64,000 nt of DNA, taken from positions 1 to 64,000 of IMG/VR virus record IMGVR_UViG_3300020336_000246, one strand, 5' to 3'. Made by a program: the position numbers and the translations under genes. The DNA comes from a virus. Taxonomy: Duplodnaviria > Caudoviricetes. This document shows positions 45,368-55,483 of this stretch, one piece after another (position 1 is the stretch's first letter; each line of letters opens with the position of its first letter). The notes beneath the pieces are model-generated. The model did not search any database. It was not told the DNA's origin and saw only the letters and a list, made by a program, of their open reading frames with translations.

Positions 45368-45959
45368 CTTGACACAACCACATTTAAATCAAAATCCTCC
45401 ACCAGAGTATAGAATAGAAGATTGGGGTTTAACTGATGACGTGGTAGAAGAATTACATAATTGGGTTAAGGAGTTTAATCCTTTACAACGGGCAGAGTAC
45501 TTAAGAGAAGGTGATGCCGAACACGATGACGACTTGCGTTCTACCGAAATAAGTTGGATTGACACAAGAACTAACCCTCGATTATATAATTTGCTAGGTA
45601 CTGCAATACACCGAGCAAATGATGATTTGTATAGATACTCACTTACGTATTTGGAAACACTCCAATATAGTGTGTATAGTGCAGATAAGAAAGGACACTA
45701 TTCGGTTCATTCGGACGCGGGGCTGAAAGGACAGAACAACGATAGTAGAAAGATTTCATTTAGTTGTTTACTAAATGATCCAAGCGAGTTTGAAGGAGGC
45801 GATCTAACATTGATGCCAGACTCGATTGGTTACCCTATCCAATTAAAGAAATATGAGATATGTTTCTTCCCTAGTTGGATGCCTCACAAGGTAGTACCGG
45901 TAACAAAAGGTACGAGAGTTTCATTGGTTGGTTGGGTACATGGACCCGATTTTGTGTAA
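45357..45959 (+). CDS. 2OG-Fe(II) oxygenase (PKHD/P4H type)
   Basis: HSD, RKISFSCLLND, FEGGDL, FPSWMPHKV, RVSLVGW. Confidence 0.9.
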   Translation: MMFNLTQPHLNQNPPPEYRIEDWGLTDDVVEELHNWVKEFNPLQRAEYLREGDAEHDDDLRSTEISWIDTRTNPRLYNLLGTAIHRANDDLYRYSLTYLETLQYSVYSADKKGHYSVHSDAGLKGQNNDSRKISFSCLLNDPSEFEGGDLTLMPDSIGYPIQLKKYEICFFPSWMPHKVVPVTKGTRVSLVGWVHGPDFV

Positions 45960-46039
45960 TTGGCAAACAACCACTTGACTTTATTAAACTTTTTTGTTAT
46001 ACTATTACTGTATTTGAAACTTAATTAAGGAGATATTAC

Positions 46040-46288
46040 ATGAAAAATACAATTCAAGATAGTGTATTGGCCGCACTTAAAAACGGTTCAGAACTAACTT
46101 CTGCTCAACTTAAGAGCAAGTTTAAAGCAGGTAACCCACAAGCGGTTATCCAATCATTGAGATTTGCAGGATACCCTGTGTACTTAAACACTACTAAGAC
46201 TGGTGCTAGAAAGTACAGATTAGGTTCTGCCTCAAGAGCAGTTATTGCCGCTGGTTACAAAGCAATGGCTACTGCATCTAGAAGCTAA
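46040..46288 (+). CDS. Small winged-helix-like DNA-binding protein
   Basis: VLAAL..G.ELT...LR..GYPVY pattern; own sigma70 promoter and terminator. Confidence 0.6.
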   Translation: MKNTIQDSVLAALKNGSELTSAQLKSKFKAGNPQAVIQSLRFAGYPVYLNTTKTGARKYRLGSASRAVIAAGYKAMATASRS

Positions 46289-46300
46289 TTAGCTTTACTT

Positions 46301-46336
46301 AAAAAGGGCGACTGTTTATTCAGTTGCCCTTTTTTT
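46301..46336 (+). terminator. Rho-independent terminator
   Basis: AAAAAGGGCGACTG-TTTATT-CAGTTGCCCTTTTTTT. Confidence 0.85.
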
Positions 46337-46361
46337 ATGACTGAATAATAAATACAGTATA

Positions 46362-46529
46362 ATGAAGATCTTAATCGCCTGTGTACTCCTTGCATTTATA
46401 ATGAGTTGCTCCAGGCAGATTTCAAATTGCGAATTAACACCAGACGTAGACATCAAAATATCAAAGCCCACAGTAAAAGAAGTACAAGAGAATATTGTAC
46501 CAAAAGCTACACTCGGCTGTAGTTTTTAA
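46362..46529 (+). CDS. Small lipoprotein (55 aa)
   Basis: Not in the track; MKILIACVLLAFIMSC lipobox; late promoter at 46347. Confidence 0.55.
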   Translation: MKILIACVLLAFIMSCSRQISNCELTPDVDIKISKPTVKEVQENIVPKATLGCSF

Positions 46530-46567
46530 TTGACAAATCCAAAATAATAAACTATACTATAAGCTAC

Positions 46568-46644
46568 GGACCCATAGCTCAGCTGGATAGAGCGCCAGTT
46601 TGCGGAACTGGAGGCCAGGAGTTCGAATCTCTTTGGGTCCGCCA
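46568..46644 (+). tRNA. tRNA-Arg (GCG)
   Basis: Cloverleaf with anticodon loop TTGCGGA and CCA. Confidence 0.93.
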
Positions 46645-46709
46645 AAAAAAGACTTGACAAATGAATATATTGATTATATAATGTATATAATAATTAGGAA
46701 GAGGCACAA

Positions 46710-48038
46710 ATGAGAACACAACCACAGGCAATCATAGAAAAACTAGAAGCAGACAATTCACGTCTTGCTAAAGAATCAATATTATTAGACGCAATGAACG
46801 AAGGACTAGATGAGTTCTTTGAAGGTGTAAAGATGGCACTTGATCCATTACACACATTTGGCGTTAAGCAAGTTCCAACCAAGGACACAGTAATTAGTGG
46901 ACAAGGTTGTGAATGGAAAGTATTTGTAGAACTTGCAGATAAACTTAACAAAAGAGAATTAACTGGTCATGCGGCCAGAGATGCAATAAACCTTGTAATG
47001 AGTTCAGCGACAGCAGAACAATGGAATGGGTTTTATAGACGTATCTTAATTAAGGATTTACGTTGCGGTGTAAGTGAAAAGACTGTAAACAATGTTGCAA
47101 AGAAGAATAACTTTGACAAATACATTGTTCCTACGTTCACTTGCCAACTAGCACACGACTCAGCTAACCACGAAAAGAAGATGGTTGGTCCTAAACAAAT
47201 AGAAATTAAACTTGATGGTGTTAGGGTGCTAACAGTTATCAAAGATGGTAAAGTAGAAATGTTTAGCAGGAATGGTAAGCAGTTTCATAACTTTGGACAT
47301 ATCATAGAAGAACTAGAAGCAGTATTAAAACAAAAGCCTGCTCCATATGATCTAGTATTAGACGGAGAGGTAATGAGTGCTAACTTCCAAGACTTAATGA
47401 AACAGGTACATAGAAAGAGTGGTGGTGTTGCCAAAGATGCAGTACTACATTTATTTGATATGATACCTTTAGACAAGTTCTTAGAAGGAAAGTATGAAGT
47501 AGAACAATCCAAAAGAAGTCAGTATGTATGGCATTGGGTAGAAGCTAATAAAGATGCCTTAGAGCACGTACAAGCACTGGACTGGGAAGATGTGGATCTA
47601 AGTAGCCCTGAAGGTCAAGATCGCTTTGTAGAGCTTAATAAAGCGGCTGTAGACGGTGGATATGAAGGGGTTATGATCAAAGATCAGAAAGCAGTATACG
47701 AATGTAAGCGATCTCATGCATGGTTAAAAGCCAAACCATTTATTGAAATTACATTAAAAGTAGTTGGTGTTGAAGAAGGCACTGGACGTAACGTAGGCAG
47801 ACTTGGCGCAATCATAGTAGAAGGAGAAGACGATGGATACACTTATCACCTTAACTGTGGAAGTGGTTTCACTGACAGTCAACGTGATCAGTTCTGGGCT
47901 GACCGTGATAACCTCATTGATTCTTTAGTAGAAATAAGAGCAGATGCTAGGACAAAATCACAAGATTCAGACACTTACAGTCTAAGATTTCCTAGATTTA
48001 AGACATTTAGAAACTTCAGTAATGGCGAAAAAGTATAA
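46710..48038 (+). CDS. lig: ATP-dependent DNA ligase
   Basis: KLDG, SRNGK, LDGE, LFD, EGVMIK, WLKAK, C-terminal OB fold LRFPRF. Confidence 0.96.
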   Translation: MRTQPQAIIEKLEADNSRLAKESILLDAMNEGLDEFFEGVKMALDPLHTFGVKQVPTKDTVISGQGCEWKVFVELADKLNKRELTGHAARDAINLVMSSATAEQWNGFYRRILIKDLRCGVSEKTVNNVAKKNNFDKYIVPTFTCQLAHDSANHEKKMVGPKQIEIKLDGVRVLTVIKDGKVEMFSRNGKQFHNFGHIIEELEAVLKQKPAPYDLVLDGEVMSANFQDLMKQVHRKSGGVAKDAVLHLFDMIPLDKFLEGKYEVEQSKRSQYVWHWVEANKDALEHVQALDWEDVDLSSPEGQDRFVELNKAAVDGGYEGVMIKDQKAVYECKRSHAWLKAKPFIEITLKVVGVEEGTGRNVGRLGAIIVEGEDDGYTYHLNCGSGFTDSQRDQFWADRDNLIDSLVEIRADARTKSQDSDTYSLRFPRFKTFRNFSNGEKV

Positions 48039-48120
48039 TCTAAAAAGTCATTTTTAGTTGACTTTTTATTTTTTTGCTATATAGTAACTGTATTACATAG
48101 ATTTGTAGGAGATTGCAGAC

Positions 48121-49419
48121 ATGGCCAAATCGCTCTTAAAAGGAGCTCCTCGTAGAAAGAAAAGAGTTACGAGGCGAGTAAGTCAAAAGAATTACGAGCC
48201 AGATATATCTAATGCAAGTGAATTGGATGGTCCCAGTTTTGGGAGATTGAAGGATGCTTGTTATAACTTTTATCGAATGGAGTTTAAAGGTTCTGACTAT
48301 AAGAAGTGGATTATAGAATATTGTAAGAACACTCCTGAATGGAAGAACAAGGTAAAAGTTATTTCTAAGAATCCAGACTGGCGTTATAGTCCTACACTTG
48401 GAACAAGTTGTAGGTTACTAAACAAAGGTTTTCCAAACATTCATGAAGCCTATGCAAAACATTGGTTAACACTCGCCGGCACCATGGGAGAAGTAAAACC
48501 GATGACTGATTTTATAAATAGAAATCTAAGTGAACTTGAAACAGAAGGTACAAAGGCACTTAAAGAAGTAAAGAAAAAAGAAGAAGTGGAAAAGAAATTA
48601 GAACAGAATAGACCAAACATACAACAAAGAATTCAAACACAATCAATTCTTATGTCAGCCGCTGTGGACGAATGGTTGGACAAGTGGGGAGATAATCCTA
48701 GCAAGTTTGATCCTAAAGGATTTAGAATTAGTAAACATCTAAATGATGTAAAGTGTACACAGGCACACGCAAGAAAGATAAAAGAGTTTTATTCTAGCGA
48801 AATTGCTGAATTTGAAGAAGTATTGAATCCTCCTAGCAAGGCTTCTCGTGAGAAGATGTCCGAAAGAGACAGAGACTATGCAGAACAATTAATTGAAGCA
48901 TACGCAGACTTTGAAAAGAAAGATGTTAAGAAATACTTAGAAGCATTAATGTTATTCATGGGTGCATTAGATATTATCATTGACACAGCCAAAGCAAACA
49001 GGAAACCACGTAAACGAATCCGTAGCAAAGAGAAGATGGTTGCTAAACTTAAATTTAGAGTCAATGATGAGAAGTTCCAACTAGCAAGTATCAATCCGCA
49101 AGAGATTATAGGTGCTGAAGAGCTTTGGGTGTTTAACACAAAAACACGTAAACTAGGTAGATATATTGCTAGTAGCAAAGATCCACTACATCAACGTAGA
49201 GAAGGTACAGGATTGAGTGTAAAAGGAACCACTGTTATAGGGTTCAGCGAAGACGAATCCATACAAAAAACACTACGTAAACCAGAGGAAAAACTTAAAG
49301 AGTTTAAAGATGCTGGTAAGATTAAAATCAAGAAGTTCCTGGACGAGATCAATGCAGTAGACATCAAGCTCAATGGTCGTATCAATCCTGACACTATATT
49401 ACTCAAGACATTAGACTAA
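48121..49419 (+). CDS. Hypothetical protein
   Basis: 432-aa ORF after an early promoter; WVFNTKTRKLG, KTLRKP. Confidence 0.8.
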   Translation: MAKSLLKGAPRRKKRVTRRVSQKNYEPDISNASELDGPSFGRLKDACYNFYRMEFKGSDYKKWIIEYCKNTPEWKNKVKVISKNPDWRYSPTLGTSCRLLNKGFPNIHEAYAKHWLTLAGTMGEVKPMTDFINRNLSELETEGTKALKEVKKKEEVEKKLEQNRPNIQQRIQTQSILMSAAVDEWLDKWGDNPSKFDPKGFRISKHLNDVKCTQAHARKIKEFYSSEIAEFEEVLNPPSKASREKMSERDRDYAEQLIEAYADFEKKDVKKYLEALMLFMGALDIIIDTAKANRKPRKRIRSKEKMVAKLKFRVNDEKFQLASINPQEIIGAEELWVFNTKTRKLGRYIASSKDPLHQRREGTGLSVKGTTVIGFSEDESIQKTLRKPEEKLKEFKDAGKIKIKKFLDEINAVDIKLNGRINPDTILLKTLD

Positions 49420-49451
49420 ACATTCGAGTTGCTCGTTTGATAAATACTTAC

Positions 49452-50564
49452 ATGAGCACAAATGACATCCAAGATTCTGAATTAAAAGCAGTAAAAGACG
49501 GTTTAGTTAAGCTAGGCGAGTCTATTGAAACTATTGCAAAACGTGAACTACCTAAGCCTGACTTTCAAAACAATGAGATAAGCGGTGATAAGATTCACGG
49601 TGGAACCATTACAGAATTTAGCACATTAGGAATACAAGACAAAGCTACGTCACTTCAATTAGTAGTTGAAAACGATCTTGTAACTACTGGCAATTTAAAA
49701 GTTGACTTAATTAAAGATACCCTTAAGGTAGAAGAAGACTTAGAAGTAGCAGGTACTATCAAAGCCTCTAAACTAGAAGTTAATGAAATCAAAGCTGATG
49801 TACGTAATGACAGAACAAGTCCATTAAACTTTGATTGTGAAAACGATACCTTATATGGTAAAGGATTAATGTGGACTGGATCAGGACATACCAAGCAATT
49901 AGTAATGCAGGGCAATCCAGATAGAATAATGTCAACTGAGATAGTAGATACTCTTAAAGAATACAGAATCAATAATGTTACTGTGCTTTCAGGAAATGAA
50001 CTAGGTCCAGATATTACAAAATCTAGCATAAGAGAATTAGGCACAATTAAGAATCTAAGAACAGAAGGTAACTTCGTACTAGATCAATTTATATTTTACG
50101 ATGGCGACCATATGCGTTTGGGCATTGGTGCTGACGCAGGCAATGGTCAACTTACAGTTTCAGGTAATGAAGTTGAGTTCATCGTTGATCCTGGATACGA
50201 CACAGTAAAAGTTGGTGCATTCACTACAAGTGATATGGAACTTATTACTGATGACCAAACAAGAATTAAACTAAAATCAAACAATAGAATAGAAGTTGGT
50301 ACTGATGCTGATTCTATTACTACTGTTAAAGGAAAACTAGGAATAGGTGTTGAGAATCCAGATGTATGTTTTAGTACATCAGGACCGATAAAGATCGAGA
50401 ATAAAAAGATGCAGGTCTTAAACGACTTGCCAACTCAAGGCGTATATAGAAAAGGTGATGTGATTTGGAATGCAAATCCGACTCCAACAGGATACGTTGG
50501 GTGGGTGTGCATCATGGACGGAACACCTGGAGAGTGGAAACCGTTCGGTCAAATAGGGGCTTAA
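49452..50564 (+). CDS. Late structural protein, beta-rich
   Basis: Late promoter at 49439; GKLGIGV and GWVC...G.W..FG fibre-like motifs. Confidence 0.6.
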   Translation: MSTNDIQDSELKAVKDGLVKLGESIETIAKRELPKPDFQNNEISGDKIHGGTITEFSTLGIQDKATSLQLVVENDLVTTGNLKVDLIKDTLKVEEDLEVAGTIKASKLEVNEIKADVRNDRTSPLNFDCENDTLYGKGLMWTGSGHTKQLVMQGNPDRIMSTEIVDTLKEYRINNVTVLSGNELGPDITKSSIRELGTIKNLRTEGNFVLDQFIFYDGDHMRLGIGADAGNGQLTVSGNEVEFIVDPGYDTVKVGAFTTSDMELITDDQTRIKLKSNNRIEVGTDADSITTVKGKLGIGVENPDVCFSTSGPIKIENKKMQVLNDLPTQGVYRKGDVIWNANPTPTGYVGWVCIMDGTPGEWKPFGQIGA

Positions 50565-50566
50565 AA

Positions 50567-50914
50567 ATGCTAGGACAGATTAAGTTTTGGCATTGGCTAG
50601 GAAGAATAGCCCCGATGGTAGCTTTACTCGGACTTTGCCTATCTATTTGGTTAGATCCAGAACACTGGACAGAATACGTAATCATAGGAATAGCAGTAGC
50701 ATTCGGATCCATAGCATTTGCATGGTGGTGGTGGGTAGTCTATGCTGTCAAAAGCCTTACAGAAATGTTAGCTAAAAGCAGAGACGACTTTGAAAAGGTT
50801 GTTACAGAAATTTCATCATTAAAAGAAGAACTAGCTAAAGGACGTAGAGCTAGAATAATTGAAAGGGATAACGTTATTCCTTTTGAAAAAGATCTTAATA
50901 AGCCCGACAGTTAA
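50567..50914 (+). CDS. Membrane protein (two TMs plus coiled coil), holin-like architecture
   Basis: Start trimmed to ATG 50567; WWWWVV helix. Confidence 0.55.
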   Translation: MLGQIKFWHWLGRIAPMVALLGLCLSIWLDPEHWTEYVIIGIAVAFGSIAFAWWWWVVYAVKSLTEMLAKSRDDFEKVVTEISSLKEELAKGRRARIIERDNVIPFEKDLNKPDS

Positions 50915-51060
50915 TCTTTCTTTTCTAAAGACTCACTATCTACTTTTGCTTTATATTTGTCTAGTGTAGGTAAAGGTGGACAATCGTTTGCCTGTCCAGG
51001 CATATCAATTTCAATCTCAGTACCGTCTGGTTGAGTTTCTTTAGTTTTAAATGAAGTCAC
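50911..51060 (-). CDS. Small hypothetical protein (49 aa)
   Basis: GTG start with a GGAGG SD inside the end of the upstream gene; not in the track. Confidence 0.45.
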   Translation of the reverse strand: MTSFKTKETQPDGTEIEIDMPGQANDCPPLPTLDKYKAKVDSESLEKKD

Positions 51061-52642
51061 TTTCACCTCCATAGTAATGATTCAAACTCATATTCTGTGC
51101 ATAATATTTTATATTGACGTTTTGCTCTGTAGCATTTGTAGGTCCTGACGCAGTTGTTGTGACCGTACCATTTGCTACACCATTTGCCGCACTACCTGAT
51201 CCTTGATCAATTTGAGAATACCCAAAGTTTTGATAGGTCGCAGTAACAGTTAATCTTCCTGACAAATAATATCTAATCTTGAATCCATTAGTAATGCTAT
51301 TGTAAGTTAACAAAGGATAAAGCTCTCCTGTGTCTAAAGCATCATGAAAGTATGCTTCTGACTGTGACTTTATTGATGCCAATGCTTCAGTTCTTGTGGC
51401 GTTGTTGGTTAGCAGATGATTAAAGTAACCTAGGTCTATTGATGAACCGTCAAATTTCTGTAAGTCATATTGTAATCTAAGCAGTGATGGATATCCATAC
51501 TCGTTCCTTTGCCAGTTGGTGTTAAATTCGCCATTACCACCAGCACCTCCGTTATACATCATTTCAAAGTTACCAGCATTGTTCTGCCAACCTATGTTTA
51601 TAGGTCTGTCTTTGGAAGTTCCAGTCTGATTGGTAACGTACTTGTTAATCAATATCGGACCAGTGTTATTGTTTGTAAGTGTCATTGTGAGTGTTGCTCC
51701 ACTTGTTGAAGCACTCATTACAACAGGTTCACTGGTAGATTGATAATTAGGTGCACCACTGTTGCTGTTCAAACAAGAAGCAACGGTACTAGCCCAACCA
51801 CTGGCGGTGTTTGAATATGCTCCACTGCCTCCTATGTAATTTCCGCTTCCATTTGTGTAAGATGTGTTGTTGGTCCAACCAACCTGTCTGTAGTTGGTAA
51901 ATGTACTTGATCCTGTGCTTGTATTGTAAGTGGAATCATAGACATTTATAGTAACATAGGTCCATGTACCTCCTGCCCACACACCACCGGATGCTCCGCC
52001 AGGTAAAGTTACTTGGAATGATACGTTTCCACCTGAAGGTATTATTGCTACATTTTCGTTGGCTCCTATATTCCTATAGGTAGTTACTTTCTGGTTATAA
52101 TCACCACCTGAGAAACTAGATGACAGTTCTATCTTTGCTTCACCAGGGTGTGTCTGAACGTAATTTGTGCTTGGAGTATCTACAACATAGACCGCAGTAA
52201 CATTTGTAGCAGTATCAGTTTTTAAGTAGCCAACAAGTGTACCACTAGCACTACTACTAAAACCTGCGTTGCTAAAGTCAATGACCATAAGAGCGTCTGT
52301 TGCCGTTGCATTGTTTGTTACTCCTGCTGTTATTAGATTATTATTACCAAGTGTCTGTGATGTGCTAAAATATAATTTGTTTGAAGCGAACGTCATGTTT
52401 GCGTCCTTGACGTCGAATATAAATTTTTGATGTTTCTGAACAACTAGATTTGTTGCTTGACTACCACCGAGTGTGAAAGAACTACCTGATACCGCAGGAG
52501 TATATCTTATTTCATTGGCCCCGCCAGCCAATGACGTGTCACCAACGTTTCTAATGTACTCACTCAATGATATGGGATTTGTTCCTCCAAACTCTGTTTG
52601 AAGATCTGCGAAACTTATTGCTCCTGAAGTTTGAAGTGCCAT
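51047..52642 (-). CDS. Tail fibre/receptor-binding-like protein
   Basis: MALQTSGAISFADLQTEFGG..PISLSEY N-terminus; Gly/Ser/Thr/Asn-rich. Confidence 0.7.
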   Translation of the reverse strand: MALQTSGAISFADLQTEFGGTNPISLSEYIRNVGDTSLAGGANEIRYTPAVSGSSFTLGGSQATNLVVQKHQKFIFDVKDANMTFASNKLYFSTSQTLGNNNLITAGVTNNATATDALMVIDFSNAGFSSSASGTLVGYLKTDTATNVTAVYVVDTPSTNYVQTHPGEAKIELSSSFSGGDYNQKVTTYRNIGANENVAIIPSGGNVSFQVTLPGGASGGVWAGGTWTYVTINVYDSTYNTSTGSSTFTNYRQVGWTNNTSYTNGSGNYIGGSGAYSNTASGWASTVASCLNSNSGAPNYQSTSEPVVMSASTSGATLTMTLTNNNTGPILINKYVTNQTGTSKDRPINIGWQNNAGNFEMMYNGGAGGNGEFNTNWQRNEYGYPSLLRLQYDLQKFDGSSIDLGYFNHLLTNNATRTEALASIKSQSEAYFHDALDTGELYPLLTYNSITNGFKIRYYLSGRLTVTATYQNFGYSQIDQGSGSAANGVANGTVTTTASGPTNATEQNVNIKYYAQNMSLNHYYGGESDFI

Positions 52643-52644
52643 TC

Positions 52645-54852
52645 CTACCCCTTAGATTTCAACTGCTCTATTTCTGCTTTCAATTCTTTGATTGCTTCTA
52701 CAAGAAGTCCTACTGTCTTGTCGTATTGTATTCCTAGGTAGCCGTCTTTTTTCTTACGTACTATCTCTGGTAACACCTGTTGTACGTCCTGTGCAATTAA
52801 TCCTGTGTCGTGTTTCTTAACAAAGTAACCATCTTCACCACCACGTTCCTTGATGTGTTCATCTGTCCAATCAAACGTTACACCTTTCAACATCATGATC
52901 TTATCAAGTGCATCTGGAATATTCTGTATGTTTTCTTTTAGTCTGCTGTCTGATGAATAGTAACCTGTGATGTTGTTGGTAGCTCTTATTTCTCCAGTTG
53001 TACCTGAAGCGGCTGTGCCAACACCAAATGAATCAAACTGTACATCATCATCTGTGTCAAGTGTTAATAGTTTACGTTGTGAGCCTGCACCACTAACTGC
53101 CGACGCGGCTAATAATGTTCTTGCCTGTAAAGGTAAATCATATACCCCAGCAGTACCTGAACCTGTAAAATATATTCCTTTGTCAGCCGCGGAAGTTAAT
53201 CCTGCAAGTGCGGCCAAGTCTGCGTCATAGGCCTGTACGTCTGAGCCAATGGCAAGTCCTAGTGCTGTTCTGGCATCTGCGGCCGTTGTTGAATTCGTTC
53301 CACCTTTTGCTATAGGAACTGTGCCTAAAGTTATGTTACCTGCCGACGACAATGACAATGGTGCTGATACACTTACGGCCACCGTACCTGAGCCATTTGG
53401 TAGGGCTATAGTTTTAGTCTGATTATTAGTAACAGAGTCCGCACCAGTTAATACTACTTTACCTGAGCCATTGTTTGTTGCCTCCATAAATTCTATCTTA
53501 CCTGCCGCAGTGGCACCTGGTGCTATCACAGGAGCAGTTATGTTCGGTGTATCTATTCCTGGAGAGTTAAGTGTCTTGTTGCTTAATGTTTCTGTACCAG
53601 TTGTAGATACTAGAGTTGCATCTGAAACAGCAGTATTAAATTCTGCTAGTGTTCCTGTTAAAGTATTATCTGTAAGATCAATACCTTTGTTTGTAAGTGT
53701 TTGTGATGCGGCTATACCTGCCACAGTATCATCACTGATAGCAGTTGAAAGTTCTGCAAGTGTTCCTGTCAAAGTATTATCTGTTAGGTCTATGCTCTTG
53801 TTTGTAAGTGTTTGAGTTGCACTTTCAGTAACTGCCGTTATACCGTTTACAGTTAAGCCTGTTGTGATTGCCACACTGGCTGGTAATCCAATAGTAAATG
53901 TTCCTGAGTTTTCACCTACCGTTACTTCACTTGCAGTTCCTTGGAAGGAAACTGTATCACCCAATGAGGCCGCTGTTGAGTTACCGCCAACCCTTGCAAA
54001 AGTTATACTGCTGTTTGATAATGAACTGTTTGCAATATTTGTTAATGTATTGTCAGGTCCATTAATTGTTTTGTTTGTTAATGTTTGTGAACCTGCCAAT
54101 GTCGCCACAGTTGAATCTATTGCGTATGAAATTGTGTCAGTACCTGCTGTGGTTGTTATGTCAATACCTGTTCCACCTACAAGTGTAAGTAGATCAGCAA
54201 TGGTATCTGCTACGACATCACTCTGTCCTGATACCCTAATTGTTTTAAATGCTTGTTTGGCTCCACCATAGTCGGCAGTAGCAACACCTCCTGATGTGTA
54301 TGCAGGAAAGCCTGTACTGTTTAGTCCAGTGCTTAAAAGTTCGTCTGTGTACAAATCAAAATTGTTACCATCGATAACGTTCATGAAATATTCGTTACCG
54401 TTTACGTTGGTCATTCCTACAACATCAACTATGGTTACTGGTGTAGCTTCTGTGTATCCATGTGCGTTGGTAGTTGTTACCCTAGCAGGATTGCCCTGTG
54501 TGATTGCACTTATGCTCTTACTAACACCACCAATCAATGCTGAAATAGTAAGTTGGTTAGCACTATCTCTTACAATGGTCATGTTACCACCTGCCACTAG
54601 TGCTATGTCTTTGTTGTTTGAATTTACGTCAGACAGTCTTATGCTTGTGGTTGATACTGGTACTGTTAAATCATAATCAACATCTATCTTAAATGTATCC
54701 GTAGATGCGTTAGCCCCTGTAAAAGCTACACCATTACCTCTGCTAATATTCAAGCTATCAGTTACACTATCACCTTCAAGTGTAGCTTCTAGTGTTGTAC
54801 CGTCTGTAGAGTACAACTTAATATATCTAAAAAAATCGTAAAATGCTGTCAT
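52645..54852 (-). CDS. Tail fibre with C-terminal peptidase S74 intramolecular chaperone
   Basis: YYSSDSRLKENI...GLIAQDV...LVEAIKEL; NPARVTT.AHG domain; TLTNK repeats. Confidence 0.85.
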   Translation of the reverse strand: MTAFYDFFRYIKLYSTDGTTLEATLEGDSVTDSLNISRGNGVAFTGANASTDTFKIDVDYDLTVPVSTTSIRLSDVNSNNKDIALVAGGNMTIVRDSANQLTISALIGGVSKSISAITQGNPARVTTTNAHGYTEATPVTIVDVVGMTNVNGNEYFMNVIDGNNFDLYTDELLSTGLNSTGFPAYTSGGVATADYGGAKQAFKTIRVSGQSDVVADTIADLLTLVGGTGIDITTTAGTDTISYAIDSTVATLAGSQTLTNKTINGPDNTLTNIANSSLSNSSITFARVGGNSTAASLGDTVSFQGTASEVTVGENSGTFTIGLPASVAITTGLTVNGITAVTESATQTLTNKSIDLTDNTLTGTLAELSTAISDDTVAGIAASQTLTNKGIDLTDNTLTGTLAEFNTAVSDATLVSTTGTETLSNKTLNSPGIDTPNITAPVIAPGATAAGKIEFMEATNNGSGKVVLTGADSVTNNQTKTIALPNGSGTVAVSVSAPLSLSSAGNITLGTVPIAKGGTNSTTAADARTALGLAIGSDVQAYDADLAALAGLTSAADKGIYFTGSGTAGVYDLPLQARTLLAASAVSGAGSQRKLLTLDTDDDVQFDSFGVGTAASGTTGEIRATNNITGYYSSDSRLKENIQNIPDALDKIMMLKGVTFDWTDEHIKERGGEDGYFVKKHDTGLIAQDVQQVLPEIVRKKKDGYLGIQYDKTVGLLVEAIKELKAEIEQLKSKG
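53575..53815 (-). repeat. Internal coding repeat in tail fibre (QTLTNKxIDLTDNTLTGTLAE x2 plus degenerate copies)
   Basis: Near-identical peptide units; DNA copies differ mostly at synonymous positions. Confidence 0.8.
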
Positions 54853-54898
54853 TTCGTATCATGTCCTAACTTATACTGTATTTATTAAATAAAGTATC

Positions 54899-55483
54899 AT
54901 GCTTGTAATAGGTAACGGAGAAAGTAGGCTAGGCCTAGATATAGACACATATAAACGTATAAAAATAGGCTGTAATGCAATACACAGAGACTATTATGTA
55001 CATCATTTGGTGTGTTGTGACCGCCGTATGGTAATAGAAGCACAAGAGAAACGTAACTACGGTTCAATATATACTAGATCAGATTGGAAAGACCAATTTA
55101 AACTATGTGGGCTAGTACCGCCATTACCTTATGAAGGCGACACAAGGCCTGATGATCCGTGGCATTGGGGCAGTGGACCATATGCATTATTGCTAGGAGC
55201 ATACCTATCTGAAAAGCACATGACTGATCCTACGATACACATAATTGGATTTGACATAGGATCTGAATCAGACAAAGTTAATAACATATATAAAAGCACA
55301 CCAAACTATAATGACGCTGATACCAAACCTGTTGATCCAAGTTATTGGATATATCAAATGAACAAGGTATTTGAATGTTTTGATAAGGTACAGTTCATTT
55401 ATTACAATAATAAGCCATGGCCTAAGATAATTAATAATGTAACAAGCAAAAGGACAGAAGAATTTAATGCAACACGAAGCTAG
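54899..55483 (+). CDS. Hypothetical protein (GNGESR Rossmann-like)
   Basis: VIGNGESR, GCNA, SGPYA, IGFD motifs. Confidence 0.65.
   Translation: MLVIGNGESRLGLDIDTYKRIKIGCNAIHRDYYVHHLVCCDRRMVIEAQEKRNYGSIYTRSDWKDQFKLCGLVPPLPYEGDTRPDDPWHWGSGPYALLLGAYLSEKHMTDPTIHIIGFDIGSESDKVNNIYKSTPNYNDADTKPVDPSYWIYQMNKVFECFDKVQFIYYNNKPWPKIINNVTSKRTEEFNATRS

Noticed and set aside
53575-53815. Tail-fibre repeats as a diversity-generating retroelement TR/VR pair
   Set aside because: Differences are mainly synonymous rather than adenine-specific, both copies are in frame within one gene, and no reverse transcriptase is present.
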